A stretch of DNA of 20,569 bases from Armatimonadota bacterium (GTDB lineage: Bacteria; Sysuimicrobiota; Sysuimicrobiia; Sysuimicrobiales; Humicultoraceae): the NCBI GenBank assembly GCA_037446215.1, contig JBBIJB010000039.1, forward strand, positions 1 through 20,569, given 5' to 3'. A program made the position numbers and the translations under genes. The first letter of the stretch is position 1, and each line of letters starts with the position of its first letter. Below the pieces are notes generated by a model, which saw only the letters and a list, made by a program, of their open reading frames with translations, had not been told where the DNA came from and did no database searches. This document shows positions 1 through 8,279 of this stretch, in pieces.

Positions 1-13
1 GCTCTTCCGATCT
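1..13 (+). other. Illumina TruSeq adapter remnant (GCTCTTCCGATCT); technical artefact at contig end
   Basis: Bases 1-13 exactly match the 3' end shared by the TruSeq adapters/read primers and sit at position 1. Confidence 0.9.
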
Positions 14-53
14 CGACTCATACGATTCACCCCGATGCGTGCGCAGAGTAGGA

Positions 54-91
54 GCGGGCGACGGGAGAGGGGATATCCTCCCGCCACCCGC
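54..91 (-). terminator. 14-bp GC-rich stem-loop just 3' of the ABC solute-binding gene (mRNA stabiliser or weak terminator)
   Basis: Minus-strand RNA GCGGGUGGCGGGAG-(10 nt)-CUCCCGUCGCCCGC pairs fully with two G.U wobbles, which pair only on the minus strand. No U-tract. Confidence 0.6.
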
Positions 92-99
92 AGTGCAAC

Positions 100-1605
100 C
101 TAGGGCGCGACCGAGACCTCGTTGAGGGTGAAGATCTCGCTGGACGGCGCCTTGAATCCCTGGACCCGGGTGCGGTACGCGTAGCTCTCAAGCGACTCGA
201 ACAGGAAGATGGCCGGTCCTTCCGTCCAGAGGAGCTCCTGCACCTGCTTGTACAGCTCGCAGCGTCTCGCCGTATCCACGGTGGATGCCGCCTGCTCGAG
301 AAGACGGTCGACCTCAGGATTCGCATACCCGGTGCGCCGCGCCCGGGAGTGGTAGAGCCGACCCAGGGTGTAGTCCGCGTCGCCCGTGACGGCGCCGGTT
401 CCCAGCAGGTTCAGGTCCCAGTTCAGCTTCACCAGGTCGTCCAGCCAGATCGCTCGCGGCTGGAGGGTGTTCTTGACTCGGACCCCTATGAGGGCCAGCT
501 GGCCGACGATCGCGTCGGCCACCTCTCGCTCGCGCGGGAGGGCGTCATTCCACTTCAGCTCCACATCGAAGCCCTTTGGATACCCCGCCTCCGCCAGGAT
601 CTTGCGGGCGAGCGTGGTGTTGAACCCGTAGGGCTTGAACTCGACAGCGCAGAGCACGTTGCTGGCAATCGGCCCCCGGGCCGGCTTCGCGATACCGTTC
701 ACGAGGGCGGCGGTGATGGCCTCGATATTGAACGCGTGGTGCAACGCCTGGCGGACCTTGACATTGTCGAACGGCTTGCGACCCCCGTTCATCCACAGGA
801 ACCGTGTGTAGAACGTGGGTCCGATGTCCACCCTTGTGGTGGTGCTCCCCTTGAGCCGCCTTATCTCCTCCGGGGTGAGCTGGACCGTCATATCGATCTC
901 ACCGGTGTCCAGCGCCGTCATGCGGGCCGAGAGCTCTGGGATATCAAGGAACACGAGGCGCTGCAACTTCGGGATGCCCGGACGCCAGTAGGCGGTGTTG
1001 GCCTCGAGCACGACACGGGTGTCCCGCACAAACTCGACGAACTTGAAAGGGCCGGTGCCGATGGGCTTGTCACCAAAGGCCGGCGTCGAGGGAGTACCCG
1101 GCGGTACCATGGACAGCATGGTCAGGTTCGACAAGAGGGTACCCAGTGGGCCCGTGGTCTTGAGGACTGCCCGGTAGGGTTCTGGCGTCTCCACGGAGGT
1201 GATGGGCTGGAACAGGGGGCGCATCGGCCCGGGCATCGTCGCCATGCGTTCGATGGATGTGGCCACTGAAGCCGATGTGAACTCCTGTCCATCGTGGAAG
1301 CGTACGCCCCGGCGCAACTGGAACTCCCACGTCGTGGGATCGATACTCCGCCAGCGCTCGGCCAAGGCCGGCTGGAACCTCTTGGCCTGTGGGTCCCATA
1401 CGACGAGCGTGTCGAACAGGTGGCCTCTGAGGATGATGTTTATCCGCTCGGCAGCAGCCGAGCCGTGCGGATCGAGGGAGACAACGCGCTGCGGATAGGA
1501 AACGCGCAAGGTGCCGGGCGGAGCCGCCGGCCCAGCTCCAACAAGGCCTGCGGCCAGCAGGACTGCGGCCGCTGCGGCCAGCGTCACGGTTGCCTTTCTT
1601 GGCAT
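100..1605 (-). CDS. ABC transporter substrate-binding protein, family 5 (DppA/OppA/NikA-like), about 501 aa
   Basis: Signal peptide MPRKATVTLAAAAAVLLAAGLVGA. Family-5 motifs SLDP, LFDTLV, PALAERW, FQLRRGVRFHDG, PIGTGPFKF, KPFDNVKVRQAL. Start set to ATG 1605, with SD GGAGGT 7 nt upstream. Confidence 0.93.
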   Translation of the reverse strand: MPRKATVTLAAAAAVLLAAGLVGAGPAAPPGTLRVSYPQRVVSLDPHGSAAAERINIILRGHLFDTLVVWDPQAKRFQPALAERWRSIDPTTWEFQLRRGVRFHDGQEFTSASVATSIERMATMPGPMRPLFQPITSVETPEPYRAVLKTTGPLGTLLSNLTMLSMVPPGTPSTPAFGDKPIGTGPFKFVEFVRDTRVVLEANTAYWRPGIPKLQRLVFLDIPELSARMTALDTGEIDMTVQLTPEEIRRLKGSTTTRVDIGPTFYTRFLWMNGGRKPFDNVKVRQALHHAFNIEAITAALVNGIAKPARGPIASNVLCAVEFKPYGFNTTLARKILAEAGYPKGFDVELKWNDALPREREVADAIVGQLALIGVRVKNTLQPRAIWLDDLVKLNWDLNLLGTGAVTGDADYTLGRLYHSRARRTGYANPEVDRLLEQAASTVDTARRCELYKQVQELLWTEGPAIFLFESLESYAYRTRVQGFKAPSSEIFTLNEVSVAP

Positions 1606-1761
1606 GACTGACACCTCCCAGTGGTGGCTTGCCCCTGCCTCCGACCATGGAACCGTGCTGTGTCACCTAATGATATCGCGCGGCCGATCTCTTTGCCACG
1701 CTACCCTCGCAGGAATTCGCACGGGGCAGAACTAAGCGAACCGGGAGAGGGGTGACCGCCG

Positions 1762-2637
1762 ATGCAGGAGATCAAGATCCCGGCACAGCCCGGGCCTGGC
1801 CGGTTCGATCCGCTGCCGCGCATTCTCTGCCACGACGACTTCGACACGGGCCTCTGCGGGTGGGGGGCCCTGATCGGCAACTACGAGGGCTCGCTGGACA
1901 CGCTGCTGCCGGGGTACCGAGACCTGCGCCCGCCCATGCTCAGCAACCTGACCGCCTGGGATACCGGCACTGCCGGGGCGCTTTCCGGTACCTACGCCAT
2001 GAAGCTCGCCACGCGGGCCCAACCCGGCAGCCTCGCGGTAGGAATCAAGAGGCTGACGTTCAGGCAGCCAAGCAGGATTCGGGCGGAGTACTACTTCACG
2101 TTCAAGCCGGAGGCCGTGGAGCTAAGGTTGTCGGACACCGATGTCCGGGCCGTGGGCTTCGGGTTTGACCTGCAGGACGGCGACCGCAAGGGCGAGGGTG
2201 CCCGGCGCGTGATGCCTCACCTTCGCTATCTCAACTCAGTGGAGGGTCAGCCGGTCCAGCGCTGGCAGTTCAAGCGCGCGCTCGAGCCGATGCGGCATAT
2301 CGGTGGTAGCGGCCAGACCCGCTCGCACTTTCACCTTGCGCCCACCGGTTGGGAAGACGTGCCCGACGGCGACCAGCGGCTCTGCTACAACGAGATCGCG
2401 ACCAAGCAGAACTGGCACTATCTGAGGGTAGGGATTGACCTGGACGCCATGTGCTTCACGGAGTTCAGGTGCAATGATCGCCTCTTCGACCACACCGCTA
2501 TCGCGCCGATGGTTCTGAGCGCCATGCCCAACCTCTGGTGCATGCTGAACCTCTTCGTTTGGGTCGAAGCCGACTGCGGCAAGCGCGCGTTCCTGTACGT
2601 CGACACCGCAATGCTGTCTGCGGAGGTGGAGGGCTGA
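1762..2637 (+). CDS. Uncharacterised 291-aa protein (from memory resembles DUF6772 family; unverified)
   Basis: Long ORF with GC3-biased codons and globular composition. SD-like GAGAGGGGTGA upstream. Stop overlaps the next start (TGATG). Confidence 0.8.
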   Translation: MQEIKIPAQPGPGRFDPLPRILCHDDFDTGLCGWGALIGNYEGSLDTLLPGYRDLRPPMLSNLTAWDTGTAGALSGTYAMKLATRAQPGSLAVGIKRLTFRQPSRIRAEYYFTFKPEAVELRLSDTDVRAVGFGFDLQDGDRKGEGARRVMPHLRYLNSVEGQPVQRWQFKRALEPMRHIGGSGQTRSHFHLAPTGWEDVPDGDQRLCYNEIATKQNWHYLRVGIDLDAMCFTEFRCNDRLFDHTAIAPMVLSAMPNLWCMLNLFVWVEADCGKRAFLYVDTAMLSAEVEG

Positions 2638-2969
2638 TGCGCCGGAGCCACACTGCAGTGATCGAGCGGAACACCACATGGTCGGGCGCATTCTCCACCG
2701 AGCCCTATGAGGCGGGCTGGGCTTCCGAGGCGGTCTTCTTCGTGCGTGCCCTGGAGAGATCAGGACTCACCGCCGAGGCGGCAGCCCGGGTCCAGATCTC
2801 TCCGGACGGCATTCACTGGTGTGATGAGGGGACGATACTGCGGCTGCCGGCTGCTCCGGGCGTGGTTTGTGCGAGGTTCTCCCAGTTCGGGGGGTGGCTG
2901 CGCCTGGATGGCGAGTTGCCTCCCGGCTGTACCATGAAGGTGATCGTCTACTGCGCGCTCAAGGAGTAG
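2637..2969 (+). CDS. Uncharacterised 110-aa beta-rich protein (from memory resembles DUF6385 family; unverified)
   Basis: ATG at 2637 overlaps the upstream TGA. Sequence MRRSHTAVIERNTTWSGAFSTEPYEAGWASEAVFFVR...VQISPDGIHWCDEG. The ORF-track start at 2538 lies inside the upstream gene. Confidence 0.75.
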   Translation: MRRSHTAVIERNTTWSGAFSTEPYEAGWASEAVFFVRALERSGLTAEAAARVQISPDGIHWCDEGTILRLPAAPGVVCARFSQFGGWLRLDGELPPGCTMKVIVYCALKE

Positions 2970-3196
2970 ACGTGGAGCCTGTGGGTCCCCGGTGGCTCAA
3001 CCCGCGGCGCGCCAGCCCGAGCTGCTCATCAGAGGATATGACACCGGCTGGTTGAACTAGGTAACATACCTTCGCAGGATTCCCGCCGTACTCGACCCGA
3101 CACTCGATGGGGTGTATATGACGGGTATCAGCATCAACGAGCTGTTCATCACCCTGCATCGGAAGCATTGATGCCGCGCGCGAGAAGCCGCAGGAG

Positions 3197-4087
3197 ATGA
3201 CCCGGTGGGCGCTGTCAACGGTCTGGCACGAGTCGCGCGTCTCGGAGCCCTCTGAGCTCCTAGGTCTTCCGGGTCGGATCGGGTTTGGCGGCATCGAGCT
3301 CAGCTCGGTGGACGCGCGCTGCGTCGAGGCGCTGGTGGCGTTGGGGCGAGACGGGCTGCCTCCGGTGGTCAGCCTGCACGCGCCGTGCCCTGTTCCCTAT
3401 CCCGGGGGTGCAAGGGCCGATTACCTGGCGTCGGCGGAGGAGGCCCAGCGGGTTGCCGCGGTTGACCACACGCGCCGCACGATCGACGCCGCCGAGGCGC
3501 TGGGCGCCGGGGCGGTCGTCGTGCACCTCGGCACGATCGATCTGCCCGTCCCCCAGTCCGCGATCTTGGGGGCGATGGAGGACGGCGACCCGGGGTGGAG
3601 TGGGATGCTGGAGGAGGGGTTGCGGGACCGCCGCGGCCTGAGCGCGCGCCACCTCGACCGCTGCATGCGAAGCCTGGAGGCGCTCGCGGAGCACGCGGCC
3701 GGATCGGGTGTGCGGATCGCCCCGGAGACCCGCTACGAGTACAACGACATCCCGGACCTGGAGGAGTTCAGGACGGTCCTCGACGCCTTCGGTCCCCGCG
3801 GGGTCGGCTACTGGCACGATGTCGGCCACGCCCATGCGCAGAGTGTCCTTGGCCTGGCTCCCCCCGGCGCCTACCTGGAGTGTTTCCGGGACCACCTGGT
3901 GGGGTTCCACGTCCACGACGCGGTCGGGGCTCGCGACCACTACCCTCCGGGCGAGGGCGAGATAGGGCTCGCGGAGCTGCGCTCCTACATCGAGCCGCAC
4001 CACATCTGCGTAGTCGAGGTCGCGGCGCGACACACGAGCGACCGGGTGGCCGCGTCGCTGGGGTATCTCGAAGGGTTGGGGCTCTGA
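3197..4087 (+). CDS. Sugar phosphate isomerase/epimerase family protein (xylose-isomerase-like TIM barrel)
   Basis: Metal-binding pattern SLHAP, VVVHLG, IAPETR, YWHDVGH, FHVHDA, DHYPPGEGEI, VVEV. Confidence 0.85.
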   Translation: MTRWALSTVWHESRVSEPSELLGLPGRIGFGGIELSSVDARCVEALVALGRDGLPPVVSLHAPCPVPYPGGARADYLASAEEAQRVAAVDHTRRTIDAAEALGAGAVVVHLGTIDLPVPQSAILGAMEDGDPGWSGMLEEGLRDRRGLSARHLDRCMRSLEALAEHAAGSGVRIAPETRYEYNDIPDLEEFRTVLDAFGPRGVGYWHDVGHAHAQSVLGLAPPGAYLECFRDHLVGFHVHDAVGARDHYPPGEGEIGLAELRSYIEPHHICVVEVAARHTSDRVAASLGYLEGLGL

Positions 4088-4123
4088 GCTAGCGCCCGGC
4101 CATCGCAGTGAGGGCGCTTGCCC

Positions 4124-5566
4124 CTATGCCGGCTCCACGTCGTGCGGCAGCGACTCCCTCCATCCCGCGGGTGTGATCTGGATGAACTCCGCGCGCTCCT
4201 GCAGCTCGGCGATCGTCCGGGCACCGCAGTAGCTCATCCCGGAGCGTAGTCCCCCGGACATCTGGGCGAGGACATCTCCCGCCTTGCCCCTGTAGGGCAC
4301 CGTGGCCTCGATCCCCTCGGCGACGATCTGGCTGAGATCCTCGTCCTCGACAGGGGCATCGAGGGCTTGTCTGCGGGCGGCCGCCCACAGGCTGGCCATG
4401 CCGCGGTAGGTCTTATACTGCCGGCCGTTGCGGATTATCAATCCCCCGGGGCTCTCGGCCGTTCCGGCCAGCAGGTTGCCCAGCATCACGGTGCTGGCGC
4501 CGGCGGCGAGGGCCTTGGTCATGTCGCCCGAACTCCTGATGCCCCCGTCTGCGATGACCGGGACCCCGCTTCCAGCGGCGGCGGCCGCGCAGTCCATGAT
4601 CGCCGTGAGCTGCGGTACGCCCGCACCGGTCACTATCCGGGTAGTGCAGGTCGACCCCGGGCCGACGCCGACCTTGACCGCGTCGGCGCCGCGCTCGATC
4701 AGGTCGCGCGTCCCCTCCGGGGTGGCGACGTTGCCGGCGACGAGATCGGTGTCGGGGAACCGCCCCCGCAGCTCCTCCAGGGCCGCCAGCGCGGGCTCCG
4801 TGTGCCCGTGGGCCACGTCGAGCACCAGGAGATCAACCCCCTCCTCGACGAGCGCTCCGGCGCGCTCTATGTAGTCGCCCCTGATCCCGACCGCCGCTCC
4901 CACGCGTAGCCGGCCCTTGGCGTCCTTGGTCGCCAGCGGGTGCCTGAGCCGGCTCTGTATGTCTCGGCTCGTGATGAGGCCGCACAGCTTTCCCTCGTCG
5001 TCGACCAATGGGAGCTTCTCGATCCTGTGCCTGTGTATCATCGCCCGCGCCTCTTCCAGCCCGACGGAGGGAGGAGCGGTTACCAGGCGCTCGCGCGGCG
5101 TCATGACCGTGGAGATCGGCTTGTCGAGCCCGTCGGCGAAGAGGAGGTCGCGCGCCGTCACCAAGCCGAGGAGCTGCTCGTCCTCTCCGATCACCAGCAG
5201 GCCTGCCGAGCCGTGCTCGTCCATGAACAGGACCGCGTCGCGCACGGTCCGGTCGGGCGTGAAGCGGTAGGGCTGCTCGATCACGATGCTCTCGGCCCGC
5301 TTGACCTTGCGCGCCTCGGCCACCTGCTGCTCGACCGAGAGGAAGCGGTGGATCACTCCGATCCCGCCGGCCCGCGCCATCGTGACCGCCATCTCGCTCT
5401 CCGTCACCGAGTCCATGTTGGCGCTGACAATCGGGACGGCTACGTCGATGTGGCGCGTGAGGCGTGAGAGCGTGTCCACCTGCGACCGGCTGGTCACGGC
5501 CGATCGCCGCGGCACCAGCAGCACGTCGTCGAACGTCAATCCGGTTCGAAACTGCCGTTCGGGCAT
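4124..5566 (-). CDS. guaB: IMPDH/GMPR-family enzyme with CBS (Bateman) pair, 480 aa; GuaB-like, but motifs suggest GMP reductase (see finding)
   Basis: [25 protein letters not shown] catalytic Cys loop, [18 protein letters not shown] insert, [12 protein letters not shown] 5566 with SD AGGAGG 9 nt upstream. Symbol denotes the family only; function may be GMPR. Confidence 0.9.
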   Translation of the reverse strand: MPERQFRTGLTFDDVLLVPRRSAVTSRSQVDTLSRLTRHIDVAVPIVSANMDSVTESEMAVTMARAGGIGVIHRFLSVEQQVAEARKVKRAESIVIEQPYRFTPDRTVRDAVLFMDEHGSAGLLVIGEDEQLLGLVTARDLLFADGLDKPISTVMTPRERLVTAPPSVGLEEARAMIHRHRIEKLPLVDDEGKLCGLITSRDIQSRLRHPLATKDAKGRLRVGAAVGIRGDYIERAGALVEEGVDLLVLDVAHGHTEPALAALEELRGRFPDTDLVAGNVATPEGTRDLIERGADAVKVGVGPGSTCTTRIVTGAGVPQLTAIMDCAAAAAGSGVPVIADGGIRSSGDMTKALAAGASTVMLGNLLAGTAESPGGLIIRNGRQYKTYRGMASLWAAARRQALDAPVEDEDLSQIVAEGIEATVPYRGKAGDVLAQMSGGLRSGMSYCGARTIAELQERAEFIQITPAGWRESLPHDVEPA

Positions 5567-5617
5567 CTCCCGGCCCCTCCTGGGAACGTCAGCTGCGAGG
5601 TGCGCAGCCACCCCGTA

Positions 5618-5626
5618 TTATCCACA
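5618..5626. promoter_or_regulatory. Perfect DnaA-box 9-mer TTATCCACA overlapping the probable -10 (GATAAT, minus strand) of the GuaB-like gene
   Basis: Exact consensus match about 50 bp upstream of the start codon in otherwise GC-rich DNA. Single copy. Confidence 0.35.
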
Positions 5627-5690
5627 AAATCGGGTCGGGGATATAGGGTGTCGACCGGTAAGGGCCTCATGGCGCTGTCAGGCAACGGGA

Positions 5691-5720
5691 GGACGGCACT
5701 CATGAGTAGGAGTGCCGTCC
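5691..5720 (-). terminator. Perfect 11-bp inverted repeat 3' of the TctC-like gene (stabiliser/terminator)
   Basis: GGACGGCACTC-ATGAGTAG-GAGTGCCGTCC, about 20 bp after the stop codon. Weak U-tract. Confidence 0.6.
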
Positions 5721-5739
5721 CCGTCCGGTTCTGGGTCAA

Positions 5740-6846
5740 CTACCTTCGCGAGAACTCCTTCCAGGTGGCCTCTATCCGCTCAGGCCAGGGCCTCGCCAGC
5801 TCCCCGCGCTTGTGCGGCGGCCACTTCATCGCCTCGACCCTCTTGATGCCGAAGATAGTGGGGCTCTTGACCGCCACCTTGGCCTCGAAGAGGGGCCAGC
5901 TCCGGGCCGCCTCAACCCTGGCCATCATCTTGTCCGACTCGACGCCAAACAGCGGGTCGAGGAACATGGCACGCTCCAGGCCTCCCCTGACGAATCGCTC
6001 CTGGCGGACCGCGTGGATGAACGCGTCGGTGAGCCGGACCAGTACATCCTCCGGAGTCTTTCGGCTCGCGTACATGCCGAAGTAGGGGTTGATGGGGATG
6101 TGCGCCGCGAGCTTGGGATTCGTAGCCGTGACCGGCGGGAACGAGACGCCTTCCCAGGTCATCGGTTTGTCTGTCAGGTTGGCCAGCGGCCTCAACTCGC
6201 CGACCTTCGCCCAATCGGAGACGTCGCCGAGGCTCACCGAGATGAAGTGGACGTCGCCGGCCAGGAGGAACCTGCCCGCGTCACGTCCGCCAGGGTAGGG
6301 GATGGCCACAGCGGCCTTCTGGTCCAGCCCGGCATCCTTCAGCAGCAGCATCGCGAAGATCTCGCCGTTGCTGCCCGCCCCGGGATGGCCGTAGCGCATC
6401 GTGCCGGGCCGCGCCTTGATGTCGTTCAGCAGGGCACGCACGTCACGCCAGGGCGCGTCCTTGCGGACGTAGATAGTTGTCGGCGTCGTGAACGCCAACC
6501 AGGAGTAGTAGTCGGCCCAGGTCAGCGGTGAGTGGCCCAGAACCTGCCACGTCCCGTGGACGGCCGCGCCCCCGAACAGGGTGTAGCCGTCGGGCGGTGC
6601 CTGGTCCACGGCGGTGGCCCCTATGGCGCCGAGGGCCCCGGTTATGTTGGTCACCGAGAGCTTCACGCCGAGAGGGCGCTCGAGCTCGATGGAGAGCAGG
6701 CGCGCGGTCACGTCCGACGTACCCCCGGCCGCCCACCCGCAGATTATCGAGATGGGCCTCGTTGGCCATGCCGCGGCAGACGCCGAGAGCACCGACGCGG
6801 AGATCACCAGCAACGCAGCCAAGCCGACCCGCAAGAACCTACGCAT
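5740..6846 (-). CDS. Tripartite tricarboxylate transporter substrate-binding protein (TctC/Bug family), about 368 aa
   Basis: Signal peptide MRRFLRVGLAALLVISASVLSASAAA, then WPTRPISIICGWAAGGTSDVTAR, NITGALGAIG, APPDGYTL, IPYPGG. SD-like AAGGTGGT upstream of ATG 6846. Confidence 0.9.
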   Translation of the reverse strand: MRRFLRVGLAALLVISASVLSASAAAWPTRPISIICGWAAGGTSDVTARLLSIELERPLGVKLSVTNITGALGAIGATAVDQAPPDGYTLFGGAAVHGTWQVLGHSPLTWADYYSWLAFTTPTTIYVRKDAPWRDVRALLNDIKARPGTMRYGHPGAGSNGEIFAMLLLKDAGLDQKAAVAIPYPGGRDAGRFLLAGDVHFISVSLGDVSDWAKVGELRPLANLTDKPMTWEGVSFPPVTATNPKLAAHIPINPYFGMYASRKTPEDVLVRLTDAFIHAVRQERFVRGGLERAMFLDPLFGVESDKMMARVEAARSWPLFEAKVAVKSPTIFGIKRVEAMKWPPHKRGELARPWPERIEATWKEFSRR

Positions 6847-7056
6847 CACTACCACCACCTTCAGGGATCTGGCTTGCTCCCATACCGCCTGGTCCTTCGG
6901 TAGATCCGCGAGAGCCTCTGGAGCCGCCGCCCGATCGGGGCGATCGCTGCCAAACGCCGCTGGGACTTCTTCGGCGGCCGGGAGCACCATCCTGCGGAGA
7001 GCCATCACCGGCCCGGCCAGCCGAGCGCGCACGTCCTGGACACGGCTGCCGCTATG

Positions 7057-7071
7057 TGGCACGCTTGGTGC
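7057..7071 (+). promoter_or_regulatory. Putative sigma54 (-24/-12) promoter of the alcohol dehydrogenase gene
   Basis: TGGCACGCTTGGTGC: perfect TGGCACG -24 element and exact GG-N10-GC spacing, 37 nt before the TTG start. Confidence 0.65.
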
Positions 7072-7108
7072 GGTTGGCCTTCCGAACCCCTGATGGAGGT
7101 GGAGCCGC

Positions 7109-8245
7109 TTGACTACGACCCTGTTTCGCGCCTGGAAGCTGCCCGAGCACGTCTTCGGTCCGGGCTCACTGGCGGCGGTCTCCGACCGCGTCAGGAGTAT
7201 GCGTGCCGAGAGGCCCCTTCTCGTGTGCGACCGGGGCGTCTCCCGGCTCGGCTTCGTGGAGCGGGTCATCGAGGTCGGCAGGCTGCCTCGTCAGCTTACG
7301 ACGGTCTTCGACCGGATCGAACCCGAGCTACCGGTTCCGTGCGCCGAGGAGGCACTGGAGGTTGCCCGCTCGGCCGAGCACGACATATGCATCGGCATTG
7401 GCGGCGGCAGCACCCTGGACGCCGCCAAGGTGTGCGCGGCGCTCGCGCGCAGGCCCGGAGGGCTGCGAGACTACTTCGGGGTGGGTACGATTCCCGGTCC
7501 CGGGCTGCCCTGCATCCTCATTCCAACCACGTCGGGCAGCGGGTCCGAGGCGACACCCAACTCGATCCTTCTGGACGAGGAGAAGGGCGAGAAGGCCGCC
7601 CTGGTCAGCCCCCACCTGATCCCCACGCTCGCGGTCCTGGATCCGGAGCTTGTGGTGGGGCTGCCTCCTTCGATGACGGCTCAGTCCGGGATAGACGCCC
7701 TCGCGCATGCCGTGGAGTCCTATCTCTCCACCAAGGCGGACTCATACTCCCTGATGTACAGCGGTCACGCCATCAGGCTTGCCTGGCGAAGCCTGGCCAG
7801 AGCCGTCCGCGATGGACGCGATCTGACGGCACGCGCCGAGATGCACCTGGCCAGCTTCCTGGCCGGGGTCGCGATAGGCCAGGCAGGAACCGCGGCCGCC
7901 CACGCGCTCTCCTACCCGCTGGGAAGTCGCCATCACATCCACCACGGGCTGTCGGTCGCGCTCCTTCTGCCTTCCGTGCTCGAGTTCAACCTGCCCGCCG
8001 CCGAGGCCCGGCTTACCGAGATAGCCGAGATCATCGGCGTGAGCACGCCGTCGTCGGTGGTGGAGTCGCTGAGGCGCCTCTACGGCGAGATCGGCATCCC
8101 CTCGGGTCTGCGGGAGGTAGGGGTAGGGCCGGATGCCGTCGCCGGGATGGCCGAGGAGGCCGTCGCGCTACGACGCCTGATGGACAACAACCCGCGCGAG
8201 ATGAGCGCGGAGCAGGCGAGAGAGGTCTTCGTGCGGGCGCTCTAG
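7109..8245 (+). CDS. Iron-containing alcohol dehydrogenase
   Basis: GIGGGSTLDAAK, IPTTSGSGSEAT, DALAHAVESY, AHALSYPLG, HHGLS metal/NAD motifs. TTG start with SD GGAGGT. Confidence 0.93.
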   Translation: MTTTLFRAWKLPEHVFGPGSLAAVSDRVRSMRAERPLLVCDRGVSRLGFVERVIEVGRLPRQLTTVFDRIEPELPVPCAEEALEVARSAEHDICIGIGGGSTLDAAKVCAALARRPGGLRDYFGVGTIPGPGLPCILIPTTSGSGSEATPNSILLDEEKGEKAALVSPHLIPTLAVLDPELVVGLPPSMTAQSGIDALAHAVESYLSTKADSYSLMYSGHAIRLAWRSLARAVRDGRDLTARAEMHLASFLAGVAIGQAGTAAAHALSYPLGSRHHIHHGLSVALLLPSVLEFNLPAAEARLTEIAEIIGVSTPSSVVESLRRLYGEIGIPSGLREVGVGPDAVAGMAEEAVALRRLMDNNPREMSAEQAREVFVRAL

Positions 8246-8279
8246 CAAGGCGGGCGTGTGAAGCGCCGCTGCCTGCGAA

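Noticed and set aside
3058..3060. Pyrrolysine read-through at the intergenic TAG
   Set aside because: No recognisable domain, convincing start or pyl context; the segment is short.
6847..7269. N-terminal extension of the TctC ORF to 509 aa
   Set aside because: It overlaps the ADH on the opposite strand and its promoter; the signal peptide and SD begin at 6846.
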